Assembly (NCBI GenBank): GCA_964430885.1
Contig: CAYSHM010000021.1
Coordinates: 1 to 53,811, forward strand
Direction: 5' to 3'
Source of the DNA: an uncultured archaeon
GTDB taxonomy: Archaea; Thermoplasmatota; Penumbrarchaeia; JASLWR01
DNA: 53,811 nucleotides
Positions 49,701-53,811 of this stretch are shown here, piece by piece. The notes under the pieces were generated by a model. It did no database searches and was not told where the DNA came from. It worked only from the letters and a program-made list of their open reading frames with translations. Within the stretch, counting starts at the first letter, position 1; each line of letters begins with the position of its first letter. A program made the position numbers and the translations under genes.

Positions 49701-50546
49701 ACTCCGGTCTTTCAGGTTATATATACCAACCTGCCTATAATTACGATTATAACCGCCAATATAGAGATAACCATTTGCAACCGCCAATCCGCCGTATAGA
49801 TAACATGTTCCGCCTACATTGAACTCCAAATTGGTAAGTCTCTGTCCGTTGTCCTTCCGCATTACATATACACGAGTATCATAATATTTCATAGCATAGA
49901 CATAGTTCTCATCACAGCAAACCCCTCCAACATACCAGCTTGATCCCAGATGTGTGGACCAGATCTGGTTATTGTTCATGTCACCCCATTTATAGACACG
50001 GTCACGGTTCCAATTTGCCGTATAGTATGTTCCATCCATATCACCCCAAAGCTGCATTATTTCACCGGTACCACTGTTGAATGATCCTATGTAATTACGA
50101 TTGATATCATATCTGTAAATTGTGGAACCAGCCCATTGAGGATACCAGTATTCATTATGTTTGGGACTGAAACCACCGCCGTGTGAATGTGTGTTCATAT
50201 TTACGGAGTTCTCATATAGAGGAGGAATGATGGGACTGGTCCCCCAGAGGTATACTCTCTCCTTCATGGTCTGAACCGAGGCAGTGGTCTTGGATTTATC
50301 CAGATTATCCCAGTTCTCAAATATCTCAGTATAGTTATTCCCATAACGGGCCCTGGAACCATGATATTGGGATGGGGATCCATTTTTTCCATCCAAATCC
50401 TTGTCCAAAGGCCTCAGGTCTATAACCTTTTTTTCTGATGTAATAGGTGCAAAGGTCAGAACTGAGAACATTGTTGCTATCATAACAAAAAGCATAAGGA
50501 TAACAAGCAGACGTTTTCTCGTATGATCGGCAAAGGGTGAACTCAT
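46797..50546 (-). CDS. Large surface protein, paralog B
   Basis: Colinear with paralogs A and C; AAGGTGA SD; TM WWILVVMLGIFMIFMILVMFIV. Confidence 0.85.
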   Translation of the reverse strand: MSSPFADHTRKRLLVILMLFVMIATMFSVLTFAPITSEKKVIDLRPLDKDLDGKNGSPSQYHGSRARYGNNYTEIFENWDNLDKSKTTASVQTMKERVYLWGTSPIIPPLYENSVNMNTHSHGGGFSPKHNEYWYPQWAGSTIYRYDINRNYIGSFNSGTGEIMQLWGDMDGTYYTANWNRDRVYKWGDMNNNQIWSTHLGSSWYVGGVCCDENYVYAMKYYDTRVYVMRKDNGQRLTNLEFNVGGTCYLYGGLAVANGYLYIGGYNRNYRQVGIYNLKDRSFVGTFQVACNIYNMAFDGEYYCPSQNSNTVHRYKISDGNAYLGEDVEAPTNITHAQSKIVHRSTHTIGAARMRWYELTPPGTDIIYNLTVDGRHWVTMENNTNHVFEHQGSPMRWNITLKTDDKDISPYLDKMVIDYDYVKPPENNLPRSDLWLGTSRPKITWNFTDPDRFDHQSDYLLEIYRDTVMENMVYNSTWVNTTEEEHQMGQDLDDGYYYWRVRTKDAFHAASNWSVLKSFKIDITKPVGNITIEENVTSVNSQLVYISIEAFDNASKVKDMQLINDQGIAQQWEPFKTEKRIALSPTDGLKTVGVRFRDRAGIVSDVYNDSIYLDYRGPGDINITSPTHPDQLIYYNSTAPVFIWEPPYEITGIKGYSYLIDEAPTTEPNKDPEEDLSGTVNETMPGEFTGFTDGVWFFHIATIDVYDQWSNTSHYQFNIDSTDPMSILSHPTSSDWFKSEDVECYIIFEDKAGYGLDLDTIEYSYMRNNDTVFSSWSSSEIEVEVLKNGIQNNPVQVKASATLRFQEGEDNIIRWRIRDLAGNGPIIGEECRVKVDLTPPSFSDQFPLADAYSNEESVDCGITVTDLGSGVDGGSLQYAVSYIGKEEGQLENWTSLGYGGVKEQMEISINIDFKPGRNNYIRWRARDSVRNAHSVSDPIPVWVNSAPIPNIHSPLIVEVDQEFTLDSIGSVDNEDDELSFFWQIKNSTTKRIIHEASGSIDRLSLSLIGDYFVYLYVNDGHGFNESSRIQISVVLEKDDINNRDDDDIETAVEENGVSAFLKEKWWILVVMLGIFMIFMILVMFIVNNKRQKAEEEERRKKKQKPASQDLYKGGRYSSPTSDYFAPQSYSMYGSQQDPYEGSQYGGSYQGGQMDHSSSGEAANPKFLGVDPEISPQPLASADSFSLGGGHINQDVKALPPPPSSDSSNSPPPPPGPPGSEPTYTLPTFNTDEGKQNLNLVALPPAPPDN

Positions 50547-50746
50547 TTAATCATCACCTTCATATCTATATATGGAAAATCTTATTTGAAATTCCAAAAT
50601 CGAAAGTTAGGCTAATACCATAGTCCTATCTGATTTTTTATTCTTTCCCCTAAAATTCCCTTCAGATTGAACCATGGATTTTACCTAGCACAGGCACGGA
50701 TTTTAATTAAATGAAGTAGGATAATAAGAACAGTCCATAATACATT

Positions 50747-53700
50747 TTAGGGAGGCGGAGGCGGAAGGGGGCGCTTTTTCGACTTCTTTTCTTGAAGAAG
50801 CACCGGTTTGTCATTGCTGACTGTAGTAACGGGTAATGTATAGGATATTCCAGGTTGATCCAGGGTCGCAGTCGGATTTTCCTTTCCACCGTCTTCATCA
50901 GTCCCAGGCGCAACGATTCCATTCCGCATAATTTGAGGCATTCCCGATGGTTTTTCATGTGAATTATCCGGGATTTGCTGAGCTGTTTCAACAGATGGTT
51001 CATAACCCTGGGACACAGCTGAATTATCAGTCTGAGAATCAGATGACCGGCTGTTATACATATTAGTATTATAGGGTTGGTAGCTAGGGGGTGAGGGGCT
51101 CGAATCGGAATATCGTCCACTGGTAGATGGGATGTAAATTTGACTCTGCTTCTTTTCCAGTGTTTTCCGCCGGATCTCCTCCTGTTCCGCCTCGTTTCTT
51201 CTTTTACTGACTATGAAATTAAGCGATATCAATGCTGCAAGGAATACACCCAACACGATTGCTATTATCCACCACCTTTCCTTTAAAAAGGTTGAAACGC
51301 CGCCGTCACCGGATTTCTCGTTGCCGTTTTTATTGCCTCCGGGGGATGTTCCCGAAACCGTAGTTCGACATGCTATCTGAACCTTCGCGCTCTCGCTGAA
51401 TCCCTTACCGTCATCTACAATGAGATAAATGATATAATCCCCAGTCTCGGAAAAAGAATATGTGACAGAAGGTCCATCTTCCTCGAATAAGAGGTCCTTT
51501 GTTGTTCGGTTCTTGATATGCCATGTATAACTCAGTTCGTCCCCTTCATTGTCAAAAGTTCCATTTGAATCCAATGTGAACTCTTTGTTTACAATCACAG
51601 CCAAAGGACTTTTAATAATGGGTACTGGTGGTGAATTCACCCAAACTAAATAGGGATCGGAAACTGCATACTTGTTCCCTACTGAATCTCTGACCCTCCA
51701 TCTTATATAATTATCCTTTCCCGGTTTAAAATCAAGATTGATTAGGATTGTCATCTCTTCTTTAACACCCGTTTCGCCGATACCTGTCCAATTTCCGAGT
51801 TTGTTTTCATCCAGTCCATCATAGGAAACTGAGAATTGGATGGACTCTCCGTCAACGCCACTCCCCTTATCGGTGATGGTAATACCGCAATCAACAGCAA
51901 TTTCGTTAGTATAGACCGTGGATTCGGGTACCGGCATACTGAAATCGGGGGATGCCAGATCCACCTTGACCCTGCATTCCTCCCCTATTACAGGTCCGTT
52001 ACCCGCAAAGTCACTAATCCTCCACCGGACACGATTATCATCCCCCTCCTGAACCTTAAGTTTCACAGATGCCTGCACCTGAACCGGATTATTTTGAATG
52101 CCAGTCTTCAATACCTCCAGCTCCAAGCCCGAATTTGACCATGTTGAAAAAGATGTATCGTTATGCTTTTGATAGGAATACTCCAGGGTATCAAGGTCAA
52201 GTCCAAAACCGCCCTTGTCCTCAAATATTATGGTACATTCCACCTCCTCGGTTTTGAACCAATCTACTGCACTGGGATAACAGTATGTGGATTCGGGAGC
52301 TCTGGAATCAATGTTGAACTGAAAATGTGATGTGTTGCTCCACTGGTCATATACATCTACGGCCGACACATGGAAGAACCAAATGCCATCAGCATATCCT
52401 GTAAATTCACCTGGGGCAGTGTAGTTATTGGTACTGCTCAGTTCCACCTCCGTATCTTTTACGGGCTCAGTCGTTGGGGCCTCATCAATAAGATATGAAT
52501 ATCCCTTGATGCCAGTCATCTCAAAAGGTCGAGACCATTCAAACACGGGTTCCGTGGTATTGTAATAAACTAGGGGGTCAGGATGGGTGGAGGATGTAAC
52601 ATTGATATCACCAGGACCCTTGTAATCCAAATAGATCGAATCATTATAGACATCAGACACAATACCCGCACGGTCACGGAATCTCACACCCACGGTCTTC
52701 TTCCCATCCGTTGGTGAAAGAGCGATCCTTTTCTCGGTCTTATAGGGCTCCCACTGCTGTGCGATGCCCTGATCATTGATCAGCTGCATATCCTTCACAC
52801 CGGAAGCTTCGTCATAGGCGCTGAGGGAAATATAGACCAATTGACTGTTCACACTTACTATGTCGTCCTCTATGGTTATATTACCGACTGGTTCAGTAAT
52901 ATCTATCCGGAACCTCTTGGCCTCCGAGAAGTTTCCCGCGGCGTGAAAAGCATCCTTGGTCCTCGCCCTCCACCAATAATATCCATCCTCCAGGTCCTCT
53001 TCAATTTGGTGTTGAGAATCGCTGGAATTGACCCAGGAGGTATTATAGGCCAGTTCAGTTAGATCCGGGTCATCGTATATCTCCAATAGATAATCAGATT
53101 GATGATCGAACCTATCGGGATCGGAGAAGTTCCATTCCAGTTTGGGCCGGGATGTTCCCAACCATACATCCGATTTGGGAAGATTCGGTTCCGGTGGTTT
53201 TACATAATCGTAATTGATCACCAACTTATCCACGTAGGGACTTATGGCCTTATCGTCCGTTTTCAATGTAATATTCCATCTCATGGGGGAACCCTGGTAC
53301 TGGAATATGTGGTTCGTGTTGTTCTCCAGGCTCTCCCAGTGTTCACCATCGGCGGTTATTTTGTATAAGATTTCAGTACCCTCGGGAGTATATTCATACC
53401 ATCTAACATTTGCAGCCCCAATAGTTGCCAGGCTACGGTGTATCACCTTTGACTGGGCGTAGGTTACGTTTGTGGGTGATTCAAGCTCGTTGGCATAATA
53501 TGCATTACCGTCGGATATCTTGTATCTGTGAACCGTGTTGCTGTTCTGGGATACGCAGTAATATTCACCGTCGAAAGCCATGTTATATATATTGCACGCA
53601 ACTTGGAAAGTAGCAACTTGCGTATGGTCATCGAGACTGTATATACCCACCTGCTGGAAGTTCCGATTGAAACCCCCGATATAGAGATATCCGTTTGCAC

Positions 53701-53811
53701 AGGCCAATCCGCCGTACATATAGGGCGGGCCGTTCACAGTGAATTCCTTTTCGGGAACCCTCTGACCGTTGTCCTTTCTCATCACATAAACCTGGTTTGT
53801 ATAATATTTCA
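50747..53811 (-). CDS. Large surface protein, paralog C (5'-truncated by the window edge)
   Basis: Frame stays open to 53811 (KYYTNQVYVMRK, matching KYYDTRVYVMRK in paralog B); very similar to paralog B. Confidence 0.85.
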   Translation of the reverse strand, partial: KYYTNQVYVMRKDNGQRVPEKEFTVNGPPYMYGGLACANGYLYIGGFNRNFQQVGIYSLDDHTQVATFQVACNIYNMAFDGEYYCVSQNSNTVHRYKISDGNAYYANELESPTNVTYAQSKVIHRSLATIGAANVRWYEYTPEGTEILYKITADGEHWESLENNTNHIFQYQGSPMRWNITLKTDDKAISPYVDKLVINYDYVKPPEPNLPKSDVWLGTSRPKLEWNFSDPDRFDHQSDYLLEIYDDPDLTELAYNTSWVNSSDSQHQIEEDLEDGYYWWRARTKDAFHAAGNFSEAKRFRIDITEPVGNITIEDDIVSVNSQLVYISLSAYDEASGVKDMQLINDQGIAQQWEPYKTEKRIALSPTDGKKTVGVRFRDRAGIVSDVYNDSIYLDYKGPGDINVTSSTHPDPLVYYNTTEPVFEWSRPFEMTGIKGYSYLIDEAPTTEPVKDTEVELSSTNNYTAPGEFTGYADGIWFFHVSAVDVYDQWSNTSHFQFNIDSRAPESTYCYPSAVDWFKTEEVECTIIFEDKGGFGLDLDTLEYSYQKHNDTSFSTWSNSGLELEVLKTGIQNNPVQVQASVKLKVQEGDDNRVRWRISDFAGNGPVIGEECRVKVDLASPDFSMPVPESTVYTNEIAVDCGITITDKGSGVDGESIQFSVSYDGLDENKLGNWTGIGETGVKEEMTILINLDFKPGKDNYIRWRVRDSVGNKYAVSDPYLVWVNSPPVPIIKSPLAVIVNKEFTLDSNGTFDNEGDELSYTWHIKNRTTKDLLFEEDGPSVTYSFSETGDYIIYLIVDDGKGFSESAKVQIACRTTVSGTSPGGNKNGNEKSGDGGVSTFLKERWWIIAIVLGVFLAALISLNFIVSKRRNEAEQEEIRRKTLEKKQSQIYIPSTSGRYSDSSPSPPSYQPYNTNMYNSRSSDSQTDNSAVSQGYEPSVETAQQIPDNSHEKPSGMPQIMRNGIVAPGTDEDGGKENPTATLDQPGISYTLPVTTVSNDKPVLLQEKKSKKRPLPPPPP

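Noticed and set aside
234-53700. Numerous 60-180 aa antisense or alternative-frame ORFs in the track
   Set aside because: They lie within well-supported genes and show no recognisable motifs
42190-53811. Diversity-generating retroelement acting on the paralogs
   Set aside because: No reverse transcriptase and no TR/VR pair with adenine-specific differences seen; B/C differences look like ordinary, largely synonymous divergence

Overview
Archaeal chromosomal segment. The content (rpS3Ae, aRF1, RadA, TiaS, Pcc1, prefoldin beta, RpoP, AsnRS, ScpAB, and many PKD/CARDB surface proteins with zinc-ribbon tails) best fits an uncultured Thermoplasmatota lineage; this is an inference. The window holds three tRNAs (Ile2-CAU, Asn-GUU, Leu-CAA), a bacterial-type pyrC-K-D-F-E operon, and a compact sulfate-activation/sulfation cassette (RHH regulator, sat, DHH phosphoesterase, sulfotransferase, cysC). 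It also holds a remnant rpl37ae-rpoP-pcc1-pfdB-DHH operon (rpoP is missing from the ORF track), an XPD helicase with large insertions, scpAB, radA, trm11, a 2-oxoacid:ferredoxin oxidoreductase, and six large membrane-anchored surface proteins, three of them a tandem paralog array running off the right edge. Four observations stand out. (1) The conserved catalytic N-terminus of TiaS has no ATG/GTG/TTG start and lies in frame 3' of the upstream gene's stop codon. (2) A (TACA)13+ microsatellite sits at the 5' end of a putative ORF at the left edge, resembling a phase-variation switch. (3) The sulfation cassette is self-contained. (4) The receptor-like surface paralogs share short conserved motifs in otherwise divergent cytoplasmic tails. 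No CRISPR array, rRNA, integrase or transposase was seen.
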